This document shows, in pieces, positions 20,521 to 30,733 of a stretch of 54,015 bases of DNA; within the stretch, counting starts at the first letter, position 1, and each line of letters begins with the position of its first letter. A program made the translations under genes and the position numbers. Below the pieces are notes generated by a model. It was not told the DNA's origin and did not search any database. It was given only the letters and a program-made list of their open reading frames with translations. Source of the DNA: Candidatus Taylorbacteria bacterium RIFCSPHIGHO2_12_FULL_45_16 (GTDB lineage: Bacteria; Patescibacteriota; Minisyncoccia; Phycocordibacterales; PALSA-1337); assembly GCA_001821055.1 (NCBI GenBank), contig MHRT01000010.1, forward strand, positions 1-54,015, read 5' to 3'.

Positions 20521-22329
20521 TTATTTTTTTGACTTTCTCCTAACATACCCAAGCAACACCCTTGCCAATTGAATATCCCTAAACGAAATGTTGGGCCCCA
20601 CCTTGCTCTTAACCGGCGAAAGTAGCGGCGGTTTATAATCTCTATCCTCGGCCGACTCCACCATTTTTGATCGTTGAAATTCATCGGCGACCGCGACTTC
20701 TTCCAGTGCTTTTTCAATTTTGAGAAAATGAATCGGGGAAATCTCTTTTTTAAGATAGATGATTTCGTCAAGCGCAATCCCACCCGACTCCGGACCCATT
20801 TCAATAAGTTCTTCAATATGATTGATAATTGTCTCAATTGCCTTGTTCCTTTCTTTAGCCATTTCGAGTATTGATTTTTGTTTTCCAATCAAAGCCGCTG
20901 TGCCTTGAAAAGTCAAGCCCACGGATCGTCCAGCCTTGTTGCTTTGCTTTTTACCTTTGCCCATATTGTGCAATGGAGCGATCTTTGCCAAAAATCGTTC
21001 CTGAACGGCGATGATTTTCTTTCTATCAGTGTATTCAATGATACTTTCCGCCTTGTCCGATAATTCCCGTAAATGGCGATCATATTCCAGAACTTCCGGA
21101 TGCACCTGCAGAGCGTTTTCATTCATGCCTATGATGGAAAGTCCGGCCAAAGTGCGTACGCGGGATAATGCCACATAGCCCATGCCCGGCTCAAATGCTT
21201 TGGAAAGATCGACTTCAATAGCGTCCAATGACATGCCTTGACTCTTGTGCACGGTAATGGCCCATGCCAAACGCAACGGGTATTGGGTAATTTGAGCCAA
21301 GACCTTATCGTCATCTTCAATGGTCCAATCGGCAAGTCCAATCGTCACCCTCCGACCATTGGGAAAATCTGGCGTACCGGCGGTATGAATAACTGGATCA
21401 ATGCCAAAACCGCATGACACGACAACACCCAGCGTACCATTGACATATCCTTCGTCAAAATTATTCTTGACGCACATTACTCGTGCGCCTTTTTTTAATC
21501 GCAACCTTTCAGGCGCTAGGCAAGATTTTTTCAGGACTTCAATTAGCGACTTGCGACCCTTGAAAGTCATTTCGTACGCTGATTCGTAACCGACGATTTT
21601 ATCAAGCTCCGTTTCATTGACCGAATCGACATCAATGTTATGAGTGTAGAGACGGGTGGGCGAAACAAAATCAAGATCAGACCTTAAATCTTGATTTTGT
21701 TTCGCCTGATACCTACTTTTCAACTGTCCTCGCGCCTCCGCTGAGACTTCCCCACTCCTAATCTCATTCAGGACCGAAAGAATCGGGTCTGAGATTTGCC
21801 GAAAATTTTCATGCAAATAGCAAACTGTGAACTTCCCGTCACGCCAAGCTTCCGATCTATAGATAAAATGCGTATCCGGCTCGCCGTATTTTGAGACCGG
21901 CGGAAGTTGGAAAAAATCACCGCACAAAACTATCTGCAGACCACCAAACGGTTCTTCATTTTTTCGAAGATATTGCGTGATTGTATTCAATGTGTCCAGA
22001 CGGAAATGGTGAAGCATAGAGACTTCATCAATAATCAAAACCGACGCTTCTTTGACACGCCGTGCCGCCTTTGATTTTTCCGCGAGTTGCGACAAATCAT
22101 ATCGGCTTAGATTATTTTTTATCCCCATGCCGGACCATGAATGTATCGTCACGCCGCCCATATGCGTCGCCGCGATTCCGGTTGAAGCGGTAATACCGAC
22201 CGAGACGCGGTGGTATTTCAAATAATTAATATACTGATTGAGAACATGCGTCTTGCCTGAACCAGCCGGTCCGGTGATGAATACATTCCGACCCATTTTT
22301 AGGATATCTAGGGCTTGAGTTTGGGTCAT
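20521..22329 (-). CDS. PIF1/RecD-like superfamily 1 DNA helicase
   Basis: Walker A GPAGSGKTH, Walker B LIIDEVSM, QLPPV, and TVHKSQG near the C-terminal core, followed by an extra helical tail. Confidence 0.75.
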   Translation of the reverse strand: MTQTQALDILKMGRNVFITGPAGSGKTHVLNQYINYLKYHRVSVGITASTGIAATHMGGVTIHSWSGMGIKNNLSRYDLSQLAEKSKAARRVKEASVLIIDEVSMLHHFRLDTLNTITQYLRKNEEPFGGLQIVLCGDFFQLPPVSKYGEPDTHFIYRSEAWRDGKFTVCYLHENFRQISDPILSVLNEIRSGEVSAEARGQLKSRYQAKQNQDLRSDLDFVSPTRLYTHNIDVDSVNETELDKIVGYESAYEMTFKGRKSLIEVLKKSCLAPERLRLKKGARVMCVKNNFDEGYVNGTLGVVVSCGFGIDPVIHTAGTPDFPNGRRVTIGLADWTIEDDDKVLAQITQYPLRLAWAITVHKSQGMSLDAIEVDLSKAFEPGMGYVALSRVRTLAGLSIIGMNENALQVHPEVLEYDRHLRELSDKAESIIEYTDRKKIIAVQERFLAKIAPLHNMGKGKKQSNKAGRSVGLTFQGTAALIGKQKSILEMAKERNKAIETIINHIEELIEMGPESGGIALDEIIYLKKEISPIHFLKIEKALEEVAVADEFQRSKMVESAEDRDYKPPLLSPVKSKVGPNISFRDIQLARVLLGYVRRKSKK

Positions 22330-22539
22330 AAATCAGAGTATAGCAGAAAAAAGTATGTGACCTATCCAAAAACCGCGGATGGATTGTGGATAGAAGGTTG
22401 ATTATGAGCCAGGTGATAAACATTCAGAGCGAATTATACATCACGACTCAACAACAATGTCCATATTAGACAAGGATGCCAATTGCGTTACTATTATGTC
22501 TGAAGTTTTCAGTTCCAACACAGTTCACGAAAAAGAAAT

Positions 22540-23454
22540 ATGAAACCACATCGGACGGCGAATCACCCTTGCGTGGTGGCATGCCTAATCATAGCCATGC
22601 TTTTCGAAGTAATGACAGTTTTGGGGGCGGGCACAAACACAAACGACACGGTAAGGTTGGCAGCTCCAATCAAAGCCCTGCGGTATATGGACAATCCTCT
22701 GGAACCGCAATCCTCGTTTTGGGAACGATTCAAGTCGGAGATTGGACGGAATGGTCCACGTATTACGATTCAAAAATTCGGATACCCTTCGACATTCAAG
22801 TGGGCGCGACAATCAATGCATGAAGGATATGGCCGGCGGAAAATTGAATCAGAAGGTGAGGACTTATTTGGTAGCATTTTCTCCGACAGTGCACTTGACG
22901 CTCTCACCGCCGGGATTGATTTCCATGGCCTGAAAGAAGACAGAAAGACGGCTCTGGCATTTGGTGCCAAATTCGTCGAAGGTTCATTGAATACGACCGA
23001 ACCGCATCTTGGACAAAGTTCAGTCGAACCAGTCGAGATTGGTTGGTTCCATGAATGGATTCACGGCTTCGTGAAAAAAGACCGTACTAGGTATGGTCTA
23101 AAACTATTAAATTCCAATCCATATGGATATCTCTCGGTAGCATTCGGCAGAAATAGAAATCACATGCCGTTTTTGGTCTCAAACACTAGGGCCAGAGTGA
23201 TGCTCTCGTCATCAAAGATCGGCACGCCACGAATCGACGAGGAGTTGCTGTTTCCGGTCAATCCCGAAACTCAATTTTCGATCGGTTGTAGATTTTACCC
23301 GACGATGATGGACGAATCGGATTCACAGCCAGCGCTTACCACCAGATTCACGCGTGAAATCGGTTATGCCAATAGCGGGAATGTCCTATACGCCTCGGCA
23401 TACATAAATGGGTATGAACGATTAGGTATTATCGGGATATCATTCAACTGGTGA
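22540..23454 (+). CDS. Secreted hypothetical protein with beta-barrel-like C-terminal signature
   Basis: N-terminal hydrophobic signal-like segment. The C terminus LGIIGISFNW has alternating hydrophobic residues and a terminal aromatic residue. Confidence 0.5.
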   Translation: MKPHRTANHPCVVACLIIAMLFEVMTVLGAGTNTNDTVRLAAPIKALRYMDNPLEPQSSFWERFKSEIGRNGPRITIQKFGYPSTFKWARQSMHEGYGRRKIESEGEDLFGSIFSDSALDALTAGIDFHGLKEDRKTALAFGAKFVEGSLNTTEPHLGQSSVEPVEIGWFHEWIHGFVKKDRTRYGLKLLNSNPYGYLSVAFGRNRNHMPFLVSNTRARVMLSSSKIGTPRIDEELLFPVNPETQFSIGCRFYPTMMDESDSQPALTTRFTREIGYANSGNVLYASAYINGYERLGIIGISFNW

Positions 23455-23496
23455 CCGGCATTTGACAGCCGGAATTGAACATCATTTTGTGGGGCG

Positions 23497-23527
23497 AGCG
23501 CGGGACATCTAGTTCCGCGCTTTTTTG
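23497..23527. terminator. Bidirectional hairpin terminator between convergent genes
   Basis: agcgcgg (23497-23503) pairs with ccgcgct (23515-23521), followed by tttttt. Confidence 0.5.
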
Positions 23528-23528
23528 C

Positions 23529-24839
23529 TCAAGTCAATTTCGTCATATCCCTCTGAAAAAATATGTTCAATGTCCACTCAAAGACAATATGAACACGCTT
23601 TTTCCATGAAGCAAATTTGAACAGATAAATCGTGCGCCATAACCACCATGTTAAACGGCCGGAAAGAAATAAAGAGAAGATCTCGCCCACGGCGAATCGT
23701 TGCCCCACCGATACCATATTACCTTTTGAATGATAGTGAAATTCCACGAGTTTTTTACCGCGAATTGAAGAAATCACATTCCGGGCCAAAATTTTGGCTT
23801 GGCCTTCGGCTACTTGCGCCAATAACGGAAGCGTCAAGGTTTTGGTCGGATCCTTATTTAAAATATCTCGATTGACATATCCGGCCGCGTCACCCAAAGC
23901 AAAAACACATGAATCATGATTGACCCGAAAATATTCGTCAACCGCCAATCTCCCGGTCGTCAACGTCGGCATGTCCCCTTCAAAATGAGGTATGACCGGT
24001 TTTACTCCAGCGGTCCAGATAATAGTGGCGGACGCGACTGAGATCCCAGAAGAAAGCTTTATGCCTCGTCCAGTCACTTCGGAAACAGTACTGTTCAGTC
24101 TGACAATAATGTTATTATCTCGCAACCGCTTTTCTGCGGCCGCGCGCAGAGATGGTCCAAATGTTTGGAGCAATTCCGGACCGGCATGTATCAGAGTTAC
24201 TGATGATTCTTGCGGTTTACAAATCCGATAATCATTCAAATCGCAATCTTTCGTCTGACTATAGTAACGACCAATTATTTCTTGAATAAATCCGGCGAGT
24301 TCGGCGGCTGTCTCAACACCGGTCGCGCCGCCTCCGACGACAATGAAAGAAAGCAGTCTGACACGTTCGTCTTTGTCTAGGGTCAAAAACGCGCGTTCCA
24401 GTGAGTCGACAATCACCGAGCGGATGCGCGCCGCGTCCGAAAGATTCTTCAAAGGATAGGTGAACTTCTCCGCTCCTAGAATGTCATAATAATTTGTCTC
24501 AGCACCCGTGGCTATAACAAGATAATCATACGAAATCGTGCTCAAAGAGCCTTGGTTGGAGATTTTGACGGTTTTCGCGCTTCTGTTTATGGATTCAACG
24601 ATTCCTTGAACGATTCGTATTCCCGAATCAACGAATATCTCGCGGAGTGGTTCGGCTATGCTGGTCGGCGTCAATGAACCGGTGGCAACTTCATGTAAAA
24701 GAGGTGTGAAGAGAAAATAATTAGTGCGATTTATGATGGTAATTTCAATTCTGCCCTTCTTCACATGCTTTGCCAGTTTTTTGGCGACATAGGTACCGCC
24801 AAACCCTGCGCCCAAAATAACAATGTGGGGTTTCAACAT
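23529..24839 (-). CDS. Type II NADH dehydrogenase (NDH-2)-like FAD/NAD oxidoreductase
   Basis: Two dinucleotide-binding motifs, IVILGAGFGG and VVGGGATGVETAAEL. 436 aa with a C-terminal amphipathic/hydrophobic tail. Confidence 0.8.
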   Translation of the reverse strand: MLKPHIVILGAGFGGTYVAKKLAKHVKKGRIEITIINRTNYFLFTPLLHEVATGSLTPTSIAEPLREIFVDSGIRIVQGIVESINRSAKTVKISNQGSLSTISYDYLVIATGAETNYYDILGAEKFTYPLKNLSDAARIRSVIVDSLERAFLTLDKDERVRLLSFIVVGGGATGVETAAELAGFIQEIIGRYYSQTKDCDLNDYRICKPQESSVTLIHAGPELLQTFGPSLRAAAEKRLRDNNIIVRLNSTVSEVTGRGIKLSSGISVASATIIWTAGVKPVIPHFEGDMPTLTTGRLAVDEYFRVNHDSCVFALGDAAGYVNRDILNKDPTKTLTLPLLAQVAEGQAKILARNVISSIRGKKLVEFHYHSKGNMVSVGQRFAVGEIFSLFLSGRLTWWLWRTIYLFKFASWKKRVHIVFEWTLNIFFQRDMTKLT

Positions 24840-24854
24840 GTCATTATTTTAACA

Positions 24855-25607
24855 TTAAATAGCGACGACATTCACGATGATATATAAAATTACCGCTCCA
24901 AGAATAGTCATAATCGTGGTAAGCGTCTTTGAGTGGCTGTGATGACCTTCGGGAATAAGATCGCTGGCGCTAATATAAAGAAAGAAGCCAGCGAAAATCG
25001 CCAGAATTACGGCAATTATGTTGTTGGAAACGGAGATGGTAAATGTGAGGGCGGTGCCGACAATCGGCGCCAAAGCTACGGCGGTAAGCCAACTAAAGGC
25101 GTATTTATGATCACCGTGATATTTGAGGATAATTCCTATGGTATTTATTCCATCGGAAAATCTGTGCGCAATGACGGCGATAGTGACAACCGCCCCTATC
25201 GCCACTGAAGCTTGAAATGCCAAACCGATAACAAAACCGTCAATCAGGCTATGGAGGCAAAAACTGGCCGCGCCGAATGATCCTCGTCTGCAGTAGAGAG
25301 ATGAGCTAGGGTAGTCGTGAATATTTTCCGTTGAATGATGTTCAATTGTATGGACGTGGAATGAAAATAGCCTGTCCAGAATAAGATAACTGAGAAAACC
25401 GACGGCGGTAAGCGCAGTAATTTGTTCCGGTTGAAATACAGATGAGCCGAGCTTGATTGCTTCTGGTATGAGATCAAAAAGTGCCGCCCCTATGACGGCA
25501 CCGGCTGAGAGTCCGAGAATGATATGAAGCTTATCGCGAAATCTAAGAGCAATCACACCGCCAGCAAACGCGGCGACTGAAGCGAGAATTGAGATGAGTA
25601 TGGGCAT
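24855..25607 (-). CDS. ZIP family metal transporter
   Basis: About 8 TM segments, a His-rich central loop (HVHTIEHHSTENIH), and the conserved HRFSDGI and IPEGHHSH. Confidence 0.75.
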   Translation of the reverse strand: MPILISILASVAAFAGGVIALRFRDKLHIILGLSAGAVIGAALFDLIPEAIKLGSSVFQPEQITALTAVGFLSYLILDRLFSFHVHTIEHHSTENIHDYPSSSLYCRRGSFGAASFCLHSLIDGFVIGLAFQASVAIGAVVTIAVIAHRFSDGINTIGIILKYHGDHKYAFSWLTAVALAPIVGTALTFTISVSNNIIAVILAIFAGFFLYISASDLIPEGHHSHSKTLTTIMTILGAVILYIIVNVVAI

Positions 25608-25661
25608 GAATGTAAGTCTATCATACTACTATGTGATAAAAGTAGCTGGGGAAAATATCGG

Positions 25662-27461
25662 CTATCTATGTAACCCAATCTGCAGTTCATATAGCCGACG
25701 ATATTCGCCGCCTTCAATTTTCAGGAGTTCATCGTGTTTTCCTGATTCAATGATTTTTCCATCTTTGAAGACAAGGATAGAATCGGCCCTGCGGACAGTG
25801 CTCAATCTGTGTGCAATAATGAAAGTCGTCCTGCCTTTCATCAATTCGTTCAGAGATTGCGTGATGATTTTTTCCGAACCGGCATCCAGCGCCGATGTCG
25901 GCTCGTCAAGTATCAAAATGCGCGGGTTGCGCAAAATAGCCCGAGCAATAGCCACACGTTGTTTTTGTCCGACCGAAAGTTTAACCCCGCGTTCACCGAC
26001 GATCTGTTCCCATTTGTCAGGAAATTTTTCTATGAAATCGGCGGCGTGAGCCTTGCGTGCGGCTTCTTTCATTTCAATATCAGTGGCGTGAAAATTGCCA
26101 TATTTTATATTGGTCATAATTTTGTCATTAAACAAAACAACCTCTTGTGGCACGACTGCGATTTGTTGGCGAAATCTTTTCAAGTCCAGTCGTTGAATCA
26201 GGTGCCCATCGATCAGAACTTCGCCTGCGGTCGGAAAATTATAAGCTGAAATAAGATCAATGAGCGTGCTTTTGCCGACACCCGATTCACCGACCAGCGC
26301 GACGACATCGCCGGCGCGGACCTCAAATGAAATATTCTGCAGAACCGGTTTGCCTTCGTCATAATGAAAAGACACATCTTTGAATGTAATATCACCTTTT
26401 ATTGGCTCCGAGATGGCGTTTTCTGGCAGATACTTTTCCGTTTCGGTACGCAATACTTTCTCCGTCTGCTGAATATTGACGATGCCATTTTGAATGGTCT
26501 GCCACTGTCGAGCGATGGTCACAAATGGGCCAAAAATCATGGCTGCGTAGGCGTTGAAGGCTAGAAGCTCGCCCAGAGTCATCGAACCATTTTGGATATA
26601 GACGACCGAAAGGATAAAAATTACCACCTGCGTGCCGAGAATGATAAAACGCTGATATAGTGTAAGCGATCCCCAAATATTGGTCATTTTCATCCAAAGC
26701 GGTATTGCCTGTCGACTATTCTTGAATAGTTTCTCGCGTTCATATTCTTCGGCGGTTGCCTGCTTCACCGCCAGAGCATTGCCGATAGCGTCGTAACTAT
26801 CACCCCAAAATCCTTTCATCAAGACATTCCAATATTTTTTTTGAATCTCGCCGAGCGGGCTAACTTTCCGCAAAAGCACGAAAATATAGATGACCAATCC
26901 AATCACGAGAAAAAGGGCGAGGAACGGTTTGACATAGAACGCAATGCCAAGGGCGATCAAGATGGAGAGAATCTGCGGCGCAAGATCAATGACAATTCTG
27001 CCAGCAATCGTTTCCAGAGATCCCGCAGCCGTGTTGATGTTGTTTCCGATTTCGCCAATCTTGTTCTTTTTGTGGAATGACATCGGCAACATGAGCAAGT
27101 AACTAAAACCGTTCGCCAGATAATCCAGCCAAATCGTGTTGGAGAGATACTCGCTCAAAATAGTGCTGCGCCAATCCAAGATGTATGTGACACTTTGAAC
27201 AATCGCCCACAAAATGAGCAACCCCATATAAAGCGGTAAAATATATCCAAATACTTCAAGTGTGCCCGGACTGATGATGGAGTCAAAAAAACGTCCGGCA
27301 ATGTACGGGATGACGCCGTTACCAACGGCCGAAAATATTCCCATCACGCTCAAAACAACTATAGATCGGCGATACTGGCCAAGATATTTTAACAATACCT
27401 TGAATCCAGTGTAAAGACCATCCTTTGTTATTTTACTTTCTTCCTTTGGATCCCCTTCCAT
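25662..27461 (-). CDS. ABC exporter, fused permease/ATPase (MsbA-like)
   Basis: Six-TM N-terminal half. Walker A GESGVGKST, signature LSVGQKQR, Walker B ILILDEPTSALD. Confidence 0.9.
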   Translation of the reverse strand: MEGDPKEESKITKDGLYTGFKVLLKYLGQYRRSIVVLSVMGIFSAVGNGVIPYIAGRFFDSIISPGTLEVFGYILPLYMGLLILWAIVQSVTYILDWRSTILSEYLSNTIWLDYLANGFSYLLMLPMSFHKKNKIGEIGNNINTAAGSLETIAGRIVIDLAPQILSILIALGIAFYVKPFLALFLVIGLVIYIFVLLRKVSPLGEIQKKYWNVLMKGFWGDSYDAIGNALAVKQATAEEYEREKLFKNSRQAIPLWMKMTNIWGSLTLYQRFIILGTQVVIFILSVVYIQNGSMTLGELLAFNAYAAMIFGPFVTIARQWQTIQNGIVNIQQTEKVLRTETEKYLPENAISEPIKGDITFKDVSFHYDEGKPVLQNISFEVRAGDVVALVGESGVGKSTLIDLISAYNFPTAGEVLIDGHLIQRLDLKRFRQQIAVVPQEVVLFNDKIMTNIKYGNFHATDIEMKEAARKAHAADFIEKFPDKWEQIVGERGVKLSVGQKQRVAIARAILRNPRILILDEPTSALDAGSEKIITQSLNELMKGRTTFIIAHRLSTVRRADSILVFKDGKIIESGKHDELLKIEGGEYRRLYELQIGLHR

Positions 27462-27530
27462 AAGCCATAGCCTACCATAACAGCTTTCAATCTGTATACT
27501 ATATTTTCGTCAATTGCGTTATACTTGTGA

Positions 27531-28493
27531 ATGATAATGAACGTCTTTTATAAAAAAATACCAAAAGTAATGATCCCATTTCTAAAATCTGGACATCGCG
27601 CCATGATTATTGCCTTTGTTTTGATCGTATTGGCTTTGATCGCCGGCGCGTGGTACACAGGCAACCAATTTAGCGCCATTTCGGATGATGTGGGAGACCT
27701 TTCTCAACGCCTCACTGTCCTAGAAATTATCCTGGCCTCAACCACCGCCGATCTCAAAGAAAACATCACGAGGACGCGCGATTCTCTTTCTGACGCCCTC
27801 AATCAGGAAAAACAGAACTCCGCGACAATCGCGCAACGACTCGGGAACTACCAACAACAAGTCAGCACCGTGTCCGGAACGGTCGAGACTCTGCAAAAAC
27901 TGAGCAAAACAGATCCGCAATTGTTGCAGAAATATTCAAAAGTTTTTTTCCTCAATGAATACTATGCTCCGGCCAGGCTCGTCGAAATACCGACTGATTA
28001 TTCGTATAGCGACTCAAAAACGCTAAAACTCCAGACCGATATCTGGTTGCACTTGAAACAAATGCTTGATGACGCCAAAGACGCCGGCATAACCATGTAT
28101 GTCTTTTCGGCCTATCGTTCATTCAACGAACAAAGCACTCTCAAAAAAGATTACGAGATTATTTATGGCGCGGGTTCGGCAAATTCTTTCTCCGCTGATC
28201 AAGGATATTCCGAACATCAACTGGGCACAACCGTCGATTTGATCACTACCGGACTTGGAGGCATATTGGATGGTTTTGACAAAACCAAAGCATACACATG
28301 GCTCTTGAGCAATGCCTATCAATACGGCTTCGTCATTTCATATCCGAAAGATAATGCGTTTTATGTCTTTGAGCCATGGCACTGGCGCTTCGTCGGAGTA
28401 AAGTTGGCGACTGACCTCCACAATCAGAACAAAATTTTTTATGATCTTGACCAAAGAAAGATCGATGAGTATCTGGTCAATTTCTTCGAATAA
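27531..28493 (+). CDS. VanY/M15B-type D-alanyl-D-alanine carboxypeptidase, membrane-anchored
   Basis: SAYRSFNEQ, SEHQLGTTVDL and EPWHWRF motifs. N-terminal TM helix plus a coiled coil. Confidence 0.75.
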   Translation: MIMNVFYKKIPKVMIPFLKSGHRAMIIAFVLIVLALIAGAWYTGNQFSAISDDVGDLSQRLTVLEIILASTTADLKENITRTRDSLSDALNQEKQNSATIAQRLGNYQQQVSTVSGTVETLQKLSKTDPQLLQKYSKVFFLNEYYAPARLVEIPTDYSYSDSKTLKLQTDIWLHLKQMLDDAKDAGITMYVFSAYRSFNEQSTLKKDYEIIYGAGSANSFSADQGYSEHQLGTTVDLITTGLGGILDGFDKTKAYTWLLSNAYQYGFVISYPKDNAFYVFEPWHWRFVGVKLATDLHNQNKIFYDLDQRKIDEYLVNFFE

Positions 28494-28502
28494 CAAACCA
28501 AT

Positions 28503-28526
28503 AAAACGGGCCTGAAGACCGTTTTT
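28503..28526. terminator. Hairpin between convergent genes
   Basis: aaaacgg ... ccgtttt stem with T and A runs on both sides. Confidence 0.4.
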
Positions 28527-28543
28527 GATGCCGAAGCAAGATG

Positions 28544-28801
28544 CTAAGATAAATGCTTGCTTACAAGCTTGGTCATCTCGAACATGTTGACCACATCCTT
28601 GCCCCCGAAAACCTTCTTCAGAGCTTCATCAGCGTTGATATTGCGTTTATTTTTTGGATCTTGAAGATTTTTGCCTTTGATGTAGACCCAAAGTTTCTTG
28701 ACGACTTCTGAACGAGGGAGCGGACCGGCACCCACTACTGCAGCGAGATCTGCACTGACTGCGAGTGGTTTCATAAATGCGGAATTTGGTTTTGATGCCA
28801 T
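28544..28801 (-). CDS. SWIB/MDM2 domain protein
   Basis: 85 aa. PLPRSEVVKKLWVYIKGKNLQDP...INADEALKKVFG is the SWIB pattern. Confidence 0.7.
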   Translation of the reverse strand: MASKPNSAFMKPLAVSADLAAVVGAGPLPRSEVVKKLWVYIKGKNLQDPKNKRNINADEALKKVFGGKDVVNMFEMTKLVSKHLS

Positions 28802-29041
28802 ATGTATAAATTATATCTAATAACGCTAGCAGTATAGCATCTTACGAGTTAGAGAGGAATAGGGGGGTGCAAATGACGGTCGCCATTCACACCACCTGCT
28901 ATAGAAATCTTTGCAGGAGATATTTTTCTCCAGAAAATTATTTTTTGATTTTAAGATTTATTATATGTGCTATCATAGGACGTGGAACAAAAATGGTCTC
29001 ACAATTGATGATCTGACCAACCAAAATGACCGAAAAGGTTT

Positions 29042-30553
29042 TTGACAAAGGAAGCCGAAGTTATGAAAGACAAAACAAATGATCTTCCTTTCCCCTCGGT
29101 TATCCAAGGCGGAATGGGAGTAGCAGTATCAAATTGGTCCTTGGCCCGTGCAGTCTCTATGCTCGGCATGCTCGGGACAGTCTCCGGAGTGGCACTTGAA
29201 AGAATCCTAGTGATAATTCTCCAGAATGGAGATCCTGGAGGTCATTTTCGACGAGCTCTCGCTCATTTTCCTTACCAACAGGCCGTAGAAAGGATCATGA
29301 AAGAGTTTTATGTCGAAGGCGGGGTGTCAAAGAGGAGTCCGCTGCGTCCATGCCCAATGTTCACCCTGCAACCATCACGTATTCTCATAGACCTGACAGT
29401 TTGCGCCGATTTTGCGGCAATCTGGCTGGCTAAAGAGAAACATAACGGATTGGTGAGCATCAACTTTCTGGAAAAGCTCCAAATGCCCCATCCATACGCT
29501 CTTTTTGGAGCAATGCTAGCGGGAGTTGATGTCCTGACAGTAGGCGCCGGCATACCTCTTCCATTCCCTCAAATGTTAGAGGACATCGTCGCCGAGAGAC
29601 CTGTGAGATATAAAGTGGACGTTGTTCCTGATCACTCATCACAAGGTCCAAACTATCGAGAGATCGTATTTGATCCGAAAGAACATTTCGGCGAATATCC
29701 GAAAGGATTAATCGCCCCGAAATTTATACCCATCATCTCTTCTCTAGTCTTGGCAAAAGCTCTTTTGGAAAGACTGCCTGCCAGCAGTATATACGGCTTT
29801 GTAGTCGAAGAGGATACGGCTGGAGGACACAATGCACCACCGAGAAAAGTTGGTGGGCAAATACAATTCAACCATCTTGGGGAACCAATCTATGGTCCGA
29901 AAGATCATGTGGATTACCCAAAACTCGCGGAACTTTGCAGAAAAAACGGAGCTAGATTTTGGATAGGAGGATCAATGGCCTCACCGGAATGTCTGGCTTT
30001 CGCGAAATCTGTCGGTGCCGAGGGGATTCAAGCTGGATCAATATTCGCGTTGGCCAATGAGTCTGGTTTGGAGGTCAATATAAAGAGGACCGTCCGCCGG
30101 CTCGGCTATCTCGGACAATTAAAGATATTCAACAGTATGTGGTCACCAACGGGTTTTCCCTTCAAAGTAGTCAGCTTGCACGGCACGGTTTCCGATCGCG
30201 GTGTCTACGAATCTAGGGAGCGAATCTGTAATCAGGGAGCATTGGTGACTCTATATGAGAAAGCAAATGGCTCTATCGGATATCGTTGCTCTGCCGAACC
30301 GGAAACAGACTATGTCGCCAAGGGCGGTAAACTTGAGGACACCGTAAGTATGCGATGTCTTTGTAACGGGCTCCTGGCTACCGCTGGATTAAACCACGAC
30401 GGAAACAAGCCCGAACAGCCAATAGTTACTCTTGGGAACATGATGGAAGGCGCTAGTTTTCTTAAGCATCTTATGCGAGACGAAAATGGTCAATCAAGTG
30501 AGTTCGGCTCGTATTCAGTGGCCGATGTCAGGAGATATCTCCTGGGAAGCTGA
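29042..30553 (+). CDS. Nitronate monooxygenase (NMO/2-nitropropane dioxygenase)-like FMN oxidoreductase
   Basis: N-terminal PSVIQGGMGVAVSNWSLARAVS is typical of the NMO family. 503 aa. The real start may be the ATG at 29063. Confidence 0.6.
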   Translation: MTKEAEVMKDKTNDLPFPSVIQGGMGVAVSNWSLARAVSMLGMLGTVSGVALERILVIILQNGDPGGHFRRALAHFPYQQAVERIMKEFYVEGGVSKRSPLRPCPMFTLQPSRILIDLTVCADFAAIWLAKEKHNGLVSINFLEKLQMPHPYALFGAMLAGVDVLTVGAGIPLPFPQMLEDIVAERPVRYKVDVVPDHSSQGPNYREIVFDPKEHFGEYPKGLIAPKFIPIISSLVLAKALLERLPASSIYGFVVEEDTAGGHNAPPRKVGGQIQFNHLGEPIYGPKDHVDYPKLAELCRKNGARFWIGGSMASPECLAFAKSVGAEGIQAGSIFALANESGLEVNIKRTVRRLGYLGQLKIFNSMWSPTGFPFKVVSLHGTVSDRGVYESRERICNQGALVTLYEKANGSIGYRCSAEPETDYVAKGGKLEDTVSMRCLCNGLLATAGLNHDGNKPEQPIVTLGNMMEGASFLKHLMRDENGQSSEFGSYSVADVRRYLLGS

Positions 30554-30585
30554 ACGTCGTAACCTCGGAACAACATGCCTGTCAC

Positions 30586-30630
30586 ACCCGTCTCTTACGC
30601 ACTCGCGCGAACAGACGGGTTTTTATTTTT
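30586..30630 (+). terminator. Rho-independent terminator after the NMO-like gene
   Basis: Stem acccgtct (30586-30593) / agacgggt (30613-30620), followed by ttttattttt. Confidence 0.6.
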
Positions 30631-30732
30631 CAGCCACAATACTTCATCTTTTATCTCTCTAGCACACGCCTGCTTTGGTGATTCATTGTCATCGACCGCG
30701 CCACCTGGAATTGACCAGTGATCCTTGCTCAT
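30595..30732 (-). pseudogene. Nudix-box fragment (45 codons)
   Basis: Own translation: MSKDHWSIPGGAVDDNESPKQACAREIKDEVLWLKNK... contains G-x5-E-x7-REIKDE, a Nudix box, but nothing else of the fold. The tail reads through the terminator hairpin. Confidence 0.4.
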
Positions 30733-30733
30733 A

